This document shows, piece by piece, positions 1 through 15,500 of a DNA stretch of 64,000 nucleotides. Positions within the stretch are counted from its first letter, which is position 1. Each line of letters starts with the position of its first letter. Source of the DNA: Tubiluchus corallicola (taxonomy: Eukaryota > Animalia > Priapulida); the NCBI GenBank assembly GCA_030141605.1, contig JAQGDQ010000007.1, positions 1,289,173-1,353,172 on the forward strand, in the 5' to 3' direction. The position numbers and the translations under genes are program-made. The notes under the pieces were generated by a model that had not been told where the DNA came from, did no database searches, and saw only the letters and a list, made by a program, of their open reading frames with translations.

Positions 1-2770
1 TTCTGATTATGTAATATTTGTAGATGATTCAACCCCTTGTCAAATGTGGTTAAGACTGCAATAGCCTGGCTAACATTCTTATTTGCTTCTGCTATGTTAC
101 AAGGCACAACTATTGAAGCACAAGAGAATAATGAGAAGTACTTTATAATTGGTGATCTAAATGTAAGATGTGGTCAATGTAGAAATATACTGACAGAAGG
201 GAACCAATGGAGGTATGCACATAATCCTGATATAAGAAGGAACACAACAGGCACGCGACTTTTGCAACTATGTAGGGATAATCACTTGATCCCCCTTAAT
301 CATTTAGTAACATGTAACAGCTATGGTGATGGTTTGACGTTTAGGAAGCGCCAGAATTGGATATCCCAGCTAGACTTCCAATTGATGGAGTAACTTCCAT
401 TGTCTTATGTTGAACTTGTGATGATAAACTTCGAAGTTTTTGTGCTCGGCAGGATATCGACTTATCACAATATGAGTCTGTCATATATCCAACAAGATGG
501 GATATCGACGACCTATGTCAGAATGCCAAAGACATCAAATATGATTCTGCAACCAAATGTAGAATACAAAACGATACTTCAAGTAGACGAGCAGCAAACG
601 CGAGATGCATTAATTTATTAAAATCTGGTAATATGAAGGCAATATGATGTGCTGTGGATGATGACCTATTCACACCAGATGAAGTCAATAATACTATCAT
701 TAGTCTAAAACCCAACAAGTCGCCAGGCTGTGATAGTGGTAATGATATTATTGATCAAGTGTGTATCTGCACTATGGATTACGTTTATGACTGCATGTTT
801 TAATACGGTACTTTCATCAGTTTACTACCCTAATAATTGGACTAAAACAAAGTTGGTAGTCTTGCAGAAAGGCAGTCGTCATGACTGCAATAACTACCAT
901 GGTATCTCGATTTTGGACTTATGTCCATAGATATTTGACGGACTGATTAATACTCTCTTACAGCTCTGGTGGCAGCCTGGCCCAGAACAGGCTGGTGGAG
1001 AAAAAGAAAGAGGCTGTTTAGAACAAGCAGTTACGTTGCGCTTACTAACAGATTCAGCAAAAATAATACGATGCAAATTGTACATTGTATTCATCGATTT
1101 TGCTAAGGTGTATGGCATCGTATCAATGCACAAACTCATTCAAGAATTAGTGAAATTAGGATGTCGTCAAACAATAACACGTAAATCCAGGCCATGTACA
1201 TGAAAACTATGCAGCGCGTTAGGCTCTAGCTTGGTTACTAGTAAAATAGGTGTAAGACAGGCTGCGTCCTCGCGCAGCATGTTCGTGTTCACGTTATTCA
1301 TCAATCCTTTGATAAAAAGATTGGCTATAGTTCGGGATGACGATTTCTTGCCAAACAGACACGGTCTGTTAATGATGGTCAACTCTGTACTACTGCCTGT
1401 TCAAGAGAGCGCTGCATAGAAAAACCCACTATATTGAAGTCTTTTTGCGTTGAGCATGGTCTCGTAGTTAACGAGTTAAAGACGATGTTTCTTGTTATTA
1501 CATTGCAATGGTGAATAAAATGACCGCATGCCTATAATCGTTGAAAACTTACAAGCAAACTGGTGCTATAGCTACATCTACTTAGGCACAGTTTCTTTGT
1601 GCCGGCGGAAAATTGGCTCAGGCAATTGTGATTCAAAATAAGGAAAAACTTAACCACGAACTGAAATACGTAGCATTTGTCCGTAAGAACTTCTCCTGTC
1701 CAAGTATGGACTAAACAGACTTTGTTAAAAGCAGCTATATTATCTAGGCTTTTGTACAGCTGCGAGATATAGCTGTCCAATGATATAAGAAAATTGTCTT
1801 AATTGTGCACATCTGGAATTAAAAACTGCCTTGGAGTGCGCAAGGCAGTTCAAAATGACCTATCCCTTCTCGAGTTAGATATGCCATCGGCAGAGGCATA
1901 CATTAAGAGCCAGCACTACAGGTTTTTTACTAAGATGTTCAGTAATCCTGGTAAGCATCCTATATTAATGTATACGATAAATAAATGTCAGGCAATTTCT
2001 CTGTATGCGTACATCAACAGCATCATCACTCTGAGAAGAGACCCTGCAACTGAGGATAAACAAAACAAAGTGCAAGAATTGTGTGTGTTAACCTCTAGTA
2101 GGATAGTTACATACAGACTTTTGAATGAGGATTTATTTAGTTGGTCTATATATTCAAATAGTGCGGCGCCTGTTCAAAAACTCGAAAGAATTTCCCGGAC
2201 AAAGGCCAGAATATCAGGTCATAAATTGGCTACTGAAAGTGGCAAGTGAAAAATATACCTAGGCACAGGAGCTTTTGCGACTGCCCTACTAACGAAACCA
2301 AGGCCTGATCAAGACCAAGAACTTGTTTTCTGCAATTGAGCGAAGACTGACCTGGTCAGACCACTACCGTGGTTCTCTGATATTGATGTGGCATCGATCA
2401 GTTCTATATTCAGGCATAGCAGTAGCCAAACTGTTGTGAACTATATTCGCCACTGCCTTAAATGTTTTGCACAATGTTTTGCACATTGTTTCTTGTAGGA
2501 CTGGTAGTATAATGTAAAATACGTTAATTATATTGCGACACTCAGTTTAATCCCATTTTAGCACTTTTACGATCGGCAATGTATAAATGTTTTGGAGAAA
2601 ATGGGGTCGTTTGTGTGTCTTAATGTGTTGTTTTCTCTGCATCTACCCCGATTAAGTATAATAATAGTTGTTAGTCAATAAGTTACTTACTTGCTTATTG
2701 TTTACAAATTAATGTTTATTATGTAACAACATGTGTAGCCAGAGTGTAACCAATCGATGAATAAAATTTC
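1..2770 (+). mobile_element. Decayed non-LTR retrotransposon (APE endonuclease + RT ORF remnants), probably within an upstream PHLPP intron
   Basis: APE motifs IIGDLNVR and LTFRKRQNWISQLD (37-393). RT remnants across frameshifts: KPNKSPGCD, LQKG..NYHGIS, EQAG, FIDFAKVY, GVRQ..LFIN. C-terminal region KNCLGVRK..RISGHKLATESG (1803-2249). AATAAA at 2760-2765. Many stops and frameshifts. Clade not assigned. Confidence 0.85.
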
Positions 2771-3394
2771 ACATTGAAACAACATTGTTGTGTGTATCAC
2801 TGGATTTAGAAACTTTTAAAACATCTACAGGACTCTGTATGGGGTGAAATTTACCATAAATGCTATCTGCGCTGCCGAGGTTGTTTAGCGTGAAGTTTTC
2901 AAGTAGCAGACTAGCATCTTAGATAGGCAACGATAATAGAACATAACACTTCAAGGAAGCTAATAAATGAAGTTCAATAGATAACATCGGTTTGTGTGGT
3001 TTTTGCAGCACCCGTTTATCAGACCTGCCTGATGCATTATTTTTTCTGCAGCTATTTCTTATTGATTTTTTATACGCAGCTATTCCTCAAGTGGATAACG
3101 CATAAGGCATTCCGAATGTTTGGTAAACAGCCGCGTAACGCATATGCGTTCCGGAACACCTCAGAACAAGTGAAGTTTTTGAAAAATTGACGTAGCTTAA
3201 TTCACAAGCAATAATACAAAACAATTTACAAAGTAACAAGCTTATAAATTAAAGAACTTACACATGCAATTATCAGTTATCAATTTTCGTAAGAACTGAT
3301 TATGTATATACAATTAGTTATGCTTCGTGTTGATATCACAAAAACACTAATTATGCTGAAATCTTGTGAATTGTGAATCAATGTTTTTTTTCAG

Positions 3395-3529
3395 GAAAAC
3401 CGACTCAAGATGGGACGTTTTCACGAAACAATGTTTCTGGTCAACTGTATGTTCGAAAAGGCAAAGTATTTCATCAGTGGGCCAAACGGTTTGTTGCCTT
3501 GTCTGGTACCAGACTTCTTGTATATCCTG
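3395..3529 (+). CDS. PHLPP: PHLPP exon (PH domain N-half)
   Basis: tttcag|GA..CCTG|gtaagc; SGQLYVRKGKVFHQWAKRFVALSGTRLLVYP. Confidence 0.9.
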
Positions 3530-6500
3530 GTAAGCGATTAACACAAAGCTTGTTATAGTTGTTAGCTATCTGTTGAAAAACTTTACGACGGGTTTATCTA
3601 CATATCTGAACTTCTGCTTCTTTGACCTGAAAACCACTAATTTAGTCAAATATAGCTAAAATAAACTGCCAATATAAGAAGTTTGCAACAAAATGAACTT
3701 TTATCCTGCTGGGCGAATTTGCAGCACAACGAATATAACAGTATAATTGTATTACCACGAAGACAATTGTCTTCTTCATGCAATCATTGGCAGCGTAATG
3801 ATTATACAAGTGTCTATTGTTTTAGAGAACTACTTTCCAAGCCTAACTTGACTTGGTTGGTTATGATTATTACCTATATTGAAAACTCCATTATGCACTG
3901 TATAGGATACATAAATTTATACATTTTAAGGTGAGATCCGTCTAAATTGTACAAGTGTCATCCACCCTGCACATTTTGAATAGGGATAATATTAAAAACC
4001 CATTAAACAAATTTTCATTAATTGCCATAGCAATTTCAGCGGCATACCCAGATTAATGATTTTCCATGCTTCCATTGTAAAATATTACTTCCTGGGCCAA
4101 ACACAAATTGCTGCGCCGTCCCATACCAGTTTTGAAATCAATTTGTGTGATATTATCAGTATGCGCGATTACTGCAGAAATTGCGTGTACAGATTTTTAA
4201 AGCTATTAAGATTTTATAGAATAAAACATCGAAAACTTGAAAGGTTTTAAATTATAGAACTTATAGATGTTCAAAGACGTATCAGCGAAACAGTGTATAA
4301 TATAATTAATATTTAAATTTGTTAAAAAATTCTTAACTATATGCTTAATCTACTGCATGCGTGAGCCCTTTTCTGTTCCTAACTATAACGATTTATAAGC
4401 GCTTACCTGTAGAGGGTTGAACATACAACGCCCAAACATTAATTTATTACGAATCCACTAAAACATGGCATAATAAATGTCAGATTGCATGACATCATTT
4501 GACATGGGATATTTACTGTACTATGTGTTTCACCCTTTGGCGGCCCATTTGGGCGGGTTATTAATTAATTGATTGTTTAAGGTCAGTGGGGCGTCCAGAA
4601 TAATACGTTTCAAGTTATTTTCAAGTATTTATGGTAATGAAAGAATGTGTTAATACTCAGCAACAATTATTTTTTATAATCTCTTGTTAGCTCGACTTAT
4701 GTTACTTACTGAATGCATAGCAAATTTCTAGTTTTGTAGATAACTTAACAAACCTCTATGTACATTGAACATTCGCCAAAGTGGGACTAACAGTTACTAT
4801 GCCTAGATCATTACTGCGTCTGTTACAAATTTCCAATACCTGTTTGCTTAGCAGCTTTGCAAATAAAACTTATGTGATTACTGCTCCAGTTATTAAAACT
4901 TGACATTGTGTGTTAAATTAATATTTTGCAGCTGATGGATAGATTTCTGCCTAATGTAACGTGTTCTACTTTTCAAACTAGGAATGTCTGAAAAACTGAC
5001 TTGTAGACATAGTTTCTAATTTCCTGGTAGAAATAATTTTGTTAGACTTATTGGGCTTAAATGGACTCCTCATGTTTCCGGCTTGTAATACCATCGAACC
5101 TCTCATCTACTGTTTTTGTTCCATCTCAGTTGGTTACATTTAATCAGTTTTAAACAAGATTGTGCTGGTACTTCTTCTGCTTAATTCACATTTTTATTGT
5201 CTAATGTTCCCATAACCATGGTCTCTCAGGACAATGATTACTTGTTCCACATGCAGTCTCTGAAATCACTTTGCCAAAAATTGATTTGTTAAAAGTTTTT
5301 TATTATTTGTACTTCTAGTTTCTCAGTCTACTGGTTCCTCTGTGCCATTTAGGGTTTAAATTGTTCTCGTATTCTCAGAGCAGAAAATTGTCACCAACAA
5401 AATTAAACGTAATTGTCACTAACAAAATTGATTAACAAAAATACTCCTCAAGTCTTAGGTACCAGAAACCATATCTAACTATTAGTGTGACGGTGGCACG
5501 GGATACAAAGACAACTCACTGCTTCCGTTGCTTTGTAGTTTTGTCTGTACAAAAAAGCATAGTGATGAGTTTGAATATTCATCGTTGGTTTGGTAATTGC
5601 TTTCTAAATGCGTCAAACTCATCTAAGGCACACATTTTAGCAATTACATGGCTGGGAGTTGTGCTTGTCGAATGTGACATGACAATACCAGTGATGAATG
5701 AGGAGTGTGACATCTAACCGCAGGCCATAAAACAATTCCGAGATGTTTGTTGGGGTCACATCTGTGAGCCTAGATTTGAAAGTTAAAACTACTGTCTGGA
5801 AATCCGATTTAAAAGTTTCAATATGTAGAGGCAATGTGCCAAAGTTACACGCTGACAGTTTTTATTGCAAGAAGATTAGATCAAGAAGGATAAATATATA
5901 TCTGTCATTAGTCTCAGTCCCTTCTAAGGCCTTTGATTTGATGATCTCGATTGTAATTTATGTTTGTTTAGCGTAGACTATTGATTAAAAATGTTTGCTG
6001 ACTTTATTTTATTTTATTTTAAATTTTGCACGTTCACGTAATATTTTGTTATTGTATTCCGTGAGAAAATAGTACATTATTAATGTTAAGTCAAAGAAAT
6101 GAGCTAAGTCAACCGGTCGCCAGCAATTACCCTGGATGCTTCAGGTTTCATAGCTTAAAGTTGACTCTAACACGGTGCGATTAGTAGCAAGCTCCTCAAT
6201 GTACCTGCTAAATATGACACCAAACTTATGTCAATTTTTGCACCAAACCAGAGTGAAAAAGGAGGTGAAAATAGGGAAAGATGCTGGCGAAAAAAAAACT
6301 AACTCAAGAAATCGCACCGTTACGGCAAATTAACACCAGTCGTTAACATGCTCCATCGGGTTTTGGGGCTTAACCAATTGAAACTCTCCACGTGGCGCCA
6401 CAAAAGGACGCAGCGACTCGTTTGTAATCTGAGCGACGATTTGGCAACCTATCCCCAAATAATATCTACTCTCCTATATATATATATATATATATATATG

Positions 6501-9500
6501 CATTATTATGAAATTTGAAAATGCTCTCTCCCAAACTTTTTGATTGATTTCGATTCGATAAAACGGTTCCTTTCGCTCCAGATTTGCTGTATTCATGAAC
6601 TATACATTTATGTCTCTCTTGATACTTCAAAAGCAGTGAATCAGTTCTCAGTGGTTTCTTTCATCCTCAGTCTTCTCTCGAAAAATTTCTGGAGGCACCG
6701 AAGCACAATATTTTCTTTCGCTTATTCACGACTCAGACATAAATGCAGTGAAATTTTAAAGAGACTGCAAAGCTGTAATGCGCAGAATCGGTCTGCTTTT
6801 TATTTTAACCAAAAGGTCCACAGGGGATTTTTTACAGATCCGTGACAGATACGCAATTGCAGTATATCTGTTGTGTTCAATGGACCTACTCACTTCATGA
6901 AGTTGCACTAGCTTTCACTTTGAGCTCTTCCACTGGTTTACACTCAGAGCCAGTGATCTTCATGATCTTCATTTCGCACCTAAGAGTTATCTGTTGTTCT
7001 GGCTTAGATGTATTGCTTATCCCTGTATGTAAAAGTAAGGTGAGAAACCACGTCCCTCCATTCGTTAAGAAAATCTTTGAGGCCTGGGAACATTGAATAT
7101 GGACCTTGCTGATGTTGCCATGATGCCATCATTGTTCTGCTTTTTCTCACTCCGTTTCAAATGCAGTAGGTTCTGTCACATACTCCAGCGACTCAGGACC
7201 CGCTTCGGAGCTTTCATCTCTATTTTTGTGGCTTGACCATGTCTACTCAAGTGTTCTTAAGACTTTTTCTTTACTGGAACTTTCACTTAAACTGAGTAAA
7301 ATTTCATTATCATGAAAATATAATAAGCATGATCGTACTTTGCCCATTAAATTTAATAACGCCAATATTTTCTACGTGCGGCTTTTATGGTTTTTGAATT
7401 CATGGGTTTGGTCTGACCCAAATGTTTAGAAAGCTACAGTTTCGTTTATAACAAGTGTGTTTCAAGTCAAGTGAATTACTGTCTGCTTGTTATGTACACA
7501 GCTTGATTTTACAGTAGTCTAACAACAATTATATCCAAGTAACAGCTTTCCTGTACCGTGACAGTCGCTCAGTAAAATTGTAACAAGTTTTCAAAACAAC
7601 CGTCGCATTGAGCTTAGACTAATGGTTTAGTGTTTAAACAATTAATTTTAAAATCTCGGGATTGGAAGATCATTGACCAGGGACAATACCACGTTTGTTT
7701 GCCCTCATTTCCTTTTACTCTTCGTATGACCATAAACTAAGCTTAAAATGGGAATGGTATTACCTGTAAATGGTCTGTTTTGGGACGTGCAGTCCCAGGA
7801 TCACTACACCTAAAAAGGTTGACATTCCACGTGGTGGCAATTCTTTATAGAATACCTCATTTTACAAGCGCTATCCAATAAAGTTGAACTATATTTTATA
7901 TACATATAACCAAGTAACCGATACTTTCCAATAAACTGCGCTCATTGTATAAAAGTATGTTCATGTAGTTTCCCTGTGGCTATATTGAAATTTTTAAACA
8001 CTTTCTCACTGTGTGCCAAGATGGCATGCGTGGCAATTTCGGACAATAAATTTTAAAAAAATCATTTTTGCTGGTGTACGTTTTTGTATTCAAAGCACAA
8101 CCAGAAATCTGAGAATACGTCTGACAATGTAATTGGATACAACTTGGCTTTCGGTTGACAGACCACTTGCGGAATGCAGCAGTAAACTTACTGTGTTTTG
8201 TTACTTTTCTAAATTGTATTATTGTAACAGTCACAAATGTTCGCAATGCCTGTTTACCCGCCGGGTCATTGGCTTGCATCAGTTACTTGTTATTCTATTT
8301 CAGTTAGTGTAATTGGCCGGATAATTATGTCTCGTATAGTAAATTTACTATCAAGCAATAAACGCTGTACAAGCAGGGACAGTCTTTGTTTTCCAAACTG
8401 CTGGCACGTAAATATCACTGGTTAAACGAGAAAACCCTTTTTTATGATTGGTTCTAAATTTTGTTAGCACTTTTTATTTTTTCAGCGTAACCATGGATGC
8501 GTTCAAGGACACGTCAACAAAAAAGTATAGCATTATTAAGAGTGGTTCATTATGTTGAAACCATTCTGTTACTTGGCATGCTTTGAACAAATATATTTGT
8601 TTCTAAGCTGATGCTTGTTTTTGACCAAGATTGTGTTTCAAACCTTGGATGTTTATCCTTTGAAGCTCATATTGAAACTCTTTCTTTCATTGTACAGGAT
8701 TTTGTTCTTAATTAATTGCACAACTTTCCTTTCTCAGGATTGGAAAAAAGAGGGCAACCCCATGTTTACATGTTGGCAAAGGGGAAAGTGGAGGAGATGA
8801 AATTCAAAAATCACGAGCGATGTCTAAAAATTACTGCTGAATTGCAAGCAGGTCGAACAGTGTTTCTTTCTTTTGGAAGTGATGCTGAAATTTCAAAATG
8901 GCTGAGAAAATGCATGAAGGTAATTAGCCATTATCTGTTAGACATGTACAGTGGCAAGGATGATAGTCTTTAAAATATTTAATTTAAGTGGACCAACAAC
9001 ACTACCCCTAATTCCAGTAATCACAAGTTCGTGTGAGGTTGGCACGATTTTGTCTGCCCTTAATGACTCAAAATTATAACACCCTTTATGTGTTCTGGTT
9101 TACGTATTTTTTGCTGTTAAATTACAGTTTGTAAACTTTAGCAGCTTATTATCGGTAGTTTTTTTACTTGTTAACTTACTTCTTTAGTTTACCTGTGTTA
9201 TTTTGTTCAACACTTCATGAGACTAACAACCCATTTACGTCATTATTAATTGGACAAATTTGTGCAGTGCTGCAACAAGCAAAAGTTTTGTGACTTGGGC
9301 TATTTCTATTAATGTATAGTAAAATATTATTAATATGATATATCTATTCCTCCGTAATATGACTAAAATGTGCAAACCGTTCTGAAACTGGACTTTTAAT
9401 GGCCTTTTTCTTGGGTTTTGAGGCCACTTGTGTAACTTCCACTAACTGCTTAATTTTTACATTATATGTGTTCCTAATTTCAGGCAGTAGCAAAGTTACC

Positions 9501-12500
9501 AAATTTAGCAGATTTGTCCAATAACCATTTGGAATACATCCCAGAAAATCTGTTTGTGAATGATCGCTTATCTCAGCTGAATCTTCGACACAATGCACTA
9601 AAGGAAAGACCTATAGAGGAAGATATTTACACAATTGGTAGGTGCAAAATCAAAATTGATTCCAAATTGCTTAGCTATCTAGTTATTTCTAACATAAAAA
9701 ATATGGTAGCATACAATTACGTAAAATTTGAATTACTTCTTTTCGTCCAATATTCATTCGGCTTTTTCTGTTATTTAAGTGTGCCATCTGGAACGTTAGT
9801 TGTTTTAAAATTGTAATTAATGAAATTAGATTTAGTTCATTTCACAACAGGTCTTAGCTTGATCTCACAATATGCTGATGTGCTGAAAGAATATGCGGGG
9901 TTTAATAAAAGTACTAAAATACAATTTAACGACTGTAAGATAGATGATCAAAATTTACATGCAGTATTGTATGTGTGAATATAACAGACACTACTTAGCC
10001 TTAATGTATCCTAAAATAATAATGACATTGTGCAAAGCATTAATTTCACCTCCACTTGCAGCTCAGTTGATCTTTAGTTTTTCCGTGTGTTCAGAGTGTG
10101 AATTCGTTACCCACAAGTTGCGCCTCAGGCCTTCATGAATATGTGACTGTTTTATAGTTGTTAGTCTGGCATATTTATTGACTAATGCATTATGCAAAAT
10201 AACAGAACTTATATACTTTTATAACAAACCGTTATGTATGCAGTTCTATATTCGTTTAAACTTGATAATGATATATTTATATTTTAAAATTATTGAAGGT
10301 AGGACATAAGTAGCAAACATCTACATTTTAATTATTTGGATCAACTTCAATTACTATGTGGAAATGTACAATGTATTGTTTGCATATACTTCACTTTTTT
10401 CATTACTTCAACAAACTCGTTTTCATATTCAAGTAACTAAAGCCATTGTAACAATTTCCACAAGTGTTCCACAAAGAAACACAAATTTGTTTTAAATACG
10501 AGTTTAAATTAATTTCATAAATTATTTAAAGTAGTTTTCTTAATTGCATGCCTGCTGTTTCTACAAGTCCTTTATAGTGTTCCTATTGTACCGTGACATT
10601 GAGTTTTCGACTTCATGCATTACCTAATAAATTTAGACCTGTTTCAAACCTTTACAATAAACACCATAAATTTTCTTGAGAGTCAGTTCTGCCCACTTGC
10701 TTCTGACATAAATCATAGATCAGAACACCCATATTTATTTGAAGTGTTTTCCCTTATACTGACGTTATAAAGATCATTAAAGCATTAGCCACCGCCCAGT
10801 TAACCTTGCCACCTCCGATTGTGCTTCATTGTGGCTTATAGGTATGTGGTGCATGTAAACAAACTGATTTAGTAACCTTGTTAAAAATGGACAAAAACTG
10901 TTTTGTTTCCTTATTCATCTGTGAATGTCTTTTTCTTAAGAATTACGTAGTAAATGTGCTTTTTAAAGAAAACTTTGCTGTTTTGGGATCATGTAGAGGC
11001 GTATAATTGCACATATACAACTGGGAGAATATTTTCTATGTTTATACCATTGATATTGTGCACAGCAACTGAACACTGAAACTATAACTAAAACAGTATA
11101 AGGAGTGTCGGGAAATGATTGTCCCACCACCACTCCCCAGGAGAAACCAATAAGAATGGATAAATACTGATAAAACCATGAGAAAGAACATTTTATATCT
11201 GAGTAAGAAACATTAATTTTGTCTTGCTAGGTAGTACTTTGTTATTTGCAGCTTGCAGGGCCGTAAATGGACAGGGTACAATTTGCATTGGTTTCTCAGT
11301 GGGAGTGATGTCTTTATCTTTTTTTCAAGAATGTTGGTGATTTTTTCTGATAACAAGTTTCGAAAAAATTAAAAAAAACTTTAAATAAGAAATATTTTAC
11401 TGATTGAAATGTGTATGTTCATATCTGCTAATGATTACTTTTAAGTACAGCCAAAGCTTTCATTTCCAGACACCCTGTACTTAAATATAATTCATTGTAT
11501 GTAATCTTTCTAGTTACCATATGAAGGTTAAGATTGGTTATAGTAATTATATGTCATCTTTGTATCATCTTGCTATGCAAAAAGATTAAATTTGTTCTGC
11601 AATGAATATGTGTGTTGACTTCAGGCGTAAGTTAAATGCTATAAAGATTTTTGAATACTACAGAGGTCAGCCGACCTTTCCCTCAACATTTAACAGTTTA
11701 TGACTATTACAGGATGGGTGGATGATTTGCCCAGCTTTCAGAATCTCCATACTCTGAATCTATCAGATAACGACATCTTCATATTCCCCAGTGCCATATG
11801 CCACATAACTACACTGCAAGAGCTGAATGTATCCAGTAATAAAATTGAAGAACTTCCACCAATAATAGCCGAGCTTACAAAGTAAGTATGTTTGCTATTT
11901 CATTTAATATGTAATTCCCTTCCAACAAACTCGTATCATTTCTGGGAAAAAGGTCATTTTGCAAATTAAGTCTGGGTTTGCTTATTAAAAGCAGTGATGT
12001 ATTCTGTTGTTTTTGCTTAGGACACCTTTTATTTATTCCTTGTTGTACTTGTGTTTAGTGTACATACATATATAACTGTATAGTACTTAGCATGTTAAAA
12101 CATGAAAAATCTAGCAGAACTGGTGCTAAAACCCACAATTACCGGAGTCTAATTCCTGCACGCACTGCGACAAAACAACTTGTGTCAAGGATGGGAGAAC
12201 TACCAATTTTCGTGTGCAATCACCATATTTTACAGAAAGTATAGAGAATTTGCTGTATGTGTCGGATTTGGCAGTTGTTAGCCCAAATGGATAGCATCAG
12301 AATGATAAATTATATTTATATAATTACTGTTATCTGTCAGTTTGTCATTAATATTAGCACACCGTAAGAATAAACTGTGGTATAACTTTATGATATTCTT
12401 TTAATCAAAATAATGCTTAGCTTTATTAAATCTGACTTGTAATTTTTAGTTCTCTGGGAACTTCTTCTTAGACAGATAGAATGTAAGCACTTGAGTGTGA

Positions 12501-15500
12501 TATCAGAAAACCTATTTATTGAAATTGTTAAAGCATAAAGATATGATTGATTAGGGGGCTACAATTGACTATTGAGCAAAGCATAAACCCCAGTACATGT
12601 ACAATAAGCACTTCAAATAGCATTTACGAATTTTTTTGCAAAGGAAGCATGTTGTTACGTTTAAGGGGAAATAAATGTTGGCTGATCTCCTTCTAGCTAA
12701 ATTACACCTTTTGTAAATTATAGTGAACGTTTTTCCAAGCATGTGACCTGAGGTGGTCAATGTAATTATTCTTTTTACTTAACATTGATTACAGGTTGAC
12801 TTTCGTTGTAATTTTTAAGCGCCGTTTAGTTGTTCTATTGTGCCTCGATACATCCGTCCAAAGCTTCGCATACAAGCTTTTCCCAATTACAAATCACCTT
12901 TAGATGCTGTCTTTCTAGAGGAACTATATGCTATCTAATTTGATCTGCAAAAGTGTAAAAAGTGTAAGAATGGTATAATAAGAACTATTTATGTCAGTTA
13001 GGACATTTTTTGCTTTTACATGACACGTTTGTTTTCTTACCTGGTATTTCTTTGATCTGAACATGTAATTCTCAGTTGCAAATTGTTCACAGTCGTGTCG
13101 CTGAATGTCGTGTAACCTGAAGGCTGACAGGAATCTATATATTTTCTGGAAAATTGACAGTAAATTGTGTGAGAACTTGACCTATTGGTCGCTAACTGGG
13201 ACGTAATCATCCTATTGAAGCTTATTAGAGTGAACCTGAGGCTCTCTAGTGGCAGCGTGAGACTAGTTAGTTTGGCGAGAACTTGTATTTTAAACAGCAC
13301 AAGCGCTTTATTGTTACATTTATATCATTTTATGGCATCCTTGAACATTTCTTGTCAAAGAGAAGGTGTAAACGCGATTAACAGGTAGTAAAAAACTCAT
13401 ATCGTGTAGGAGAGAAACCTGTTTAGAAGTGGTTTAGAAGGTTTTATTAATCGTAACCCATCAGCAGGCTTTTGCTATTTGGTAAATTTGATAATCTCTT
13501 AATTAGTTAGTTCACCATGCTTGGTACTACCGATGTATTCATAGTATTTTACTCGTGGAACATAAGATGTTGAAATAATAGTACATTTCTAAACAGACGC
13601 TTCACGTTCTCATAAAACAGCTAAACAATAAAGCACAACGACGAGGTACTCAAACAAATACTTTTTCTTTCAAGATATAAGTAAATTTCTAAGTACAACT
13701 GACACACCTGTAGTTGGGTACTGCATACATAATGAAGTTTTGGCACTAAAGTAAACTTACTTCAGTACTATTTTTTGAGACACAACCTTGAATACTTCTG
13801 TGTCTAGTAAACTGCATAATCATAATGTACCGTAGAGCATACCAAAATATTTAAAATCTAAATTTGCAAAAAACGAAAGGTATGTTATTGTTTAGCTGAA
13901 AGTGTCTTAATTTTCTTTTCTTTCACTTATTAAATTCTTTCACTGGCTTAGACTCCAGTTGTTTTGTTTGTTCTATTAAGTTTCTGTGAAATACATGTTT
14001 ACAAAAAAATTCTCATATTCTTTCAACGTGGTCTCAACTACCTGTAGCTGAGTCTGATGTAGGAAATTACCAAAAAATGCTTTTAAATTTAAAAAAAGAG
14101 CTAAAACACAGTTCAAGGCTGTAAAAAGTAAAGACCACTTTGCTGGTACAAAAAATTCATTTCTGCATCTGCACAGAAAACTCTATAGACACACGAAAAT
14201 GTTATCTAGTTGTGAATCTTGTAATTTCTAAAGAACACGAAAGTGACTAGAAGTTAGGAATCATGCAGAGCTGGTCCCTTAAGATGTTCATGTTGATGAT
14301 GTCACGTTGGATCATCATTATGCTTTCACGGGTGATTGTTCTCTTTTTCTGAAAAGCAATTTGGTCCACCTCTAATCTGGGTAATCTGTATTTTACGTTT
14401 CACTTCCTTCAGTCCTTATTACAGTAACTTGCTGGTCTTTCTTTTATTCAATGACCAACAGATTTTTACTTCAGTAAGTTGTATTAAGTACTGTAATTTT
14501 GTTAGCTTAACATGGCACTTTAATATCTGCATGGTAACACTAATAAAATTCATCACTAATGTGGCACGTATTCAAAATATTCTACAACATGTAATTAAAA
14601 ACAGACTCTGTATATTATATTAATAGTACAATCAGGTGAAGGTGAACTTCGCAAATATCTACTTGTATACTTAACTAGAGGAACAAGATGTTCGTGTTAC
14701 ATATTACCGACCTGTAAATACATGTGATATCGTGCAAAGCCACGAGCTTTTTGCACATAATTTGCTCCATCTTGTTACTTATTAAATTGAAGTAAAAATT
14801 GCTTACTTATTTATTTTCGTAGAATTTCGGTTAAGAAGTTAGACACTAAAGCTTTGAAACTTAACTGTAAGTTTCTAATATTCTTTGATTTTTTATTCAC
14901 CTGGATATTCAATATTTTAATTCTTATCCATTTACGCTAGTAAACTTGACCCAGAATACATGCTCTTGTTTTGCTTCGCTTGCCGATAAGTAAATTTCGG
15001 TTTTGGCAGTCACGCATTCTTTTTCAAAATCGGATTTTGTGTGGAGGGGCGTCATTGTGATTTTCAGTGTCGTGGATTAAAATTCATTATGGAAATCGTG
15101 TTAAGACTTCTCTATCCATTTGTTTAAATGCCAAAACACTATGCTTTTCTTGTCATGGACGACCTCTGAAAAAGCAGCATAGTGCAGGTTTAGTAATTAG
15201 TAATTGCTGTCTTAAGAGTTAGATGGTACAGGTCGTGACCATGTGTATATGGTCATACTGTAAGGTGATTACCCTCTGTAGTATTGTCTTTGACAACTTA
15301 ATTGTCATGTAGAACCGCCATCTTGTATCATCGTCTCTAGGTGAATCAGTTTGTTATACAAATCTCATTTGTAAATCAATTTTGTTGCTTAGTTGATTTG
15401 TCAATGCATTGTATAACTAGGACGCATCGATGGTTTAAAATTCAACGCACAGCAATGGCGGAATTGGGTCTGTTTTTGTACCTTCCACAGTCTCATTTAT

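Noticed and set aside
6110-6460. 11-bp inverted repeat ACGGTGCGATT/AATCGCACCGT suggesting a MITE
   Set aside because: No clear terminal TIR or TSD, so boundaries cannot be supported.
6540-7260. Possible minus-strand hAT-like transposase relic
   Set aside because: Slightly coding-like composition, but I could not recover a convincing motif in any frame.
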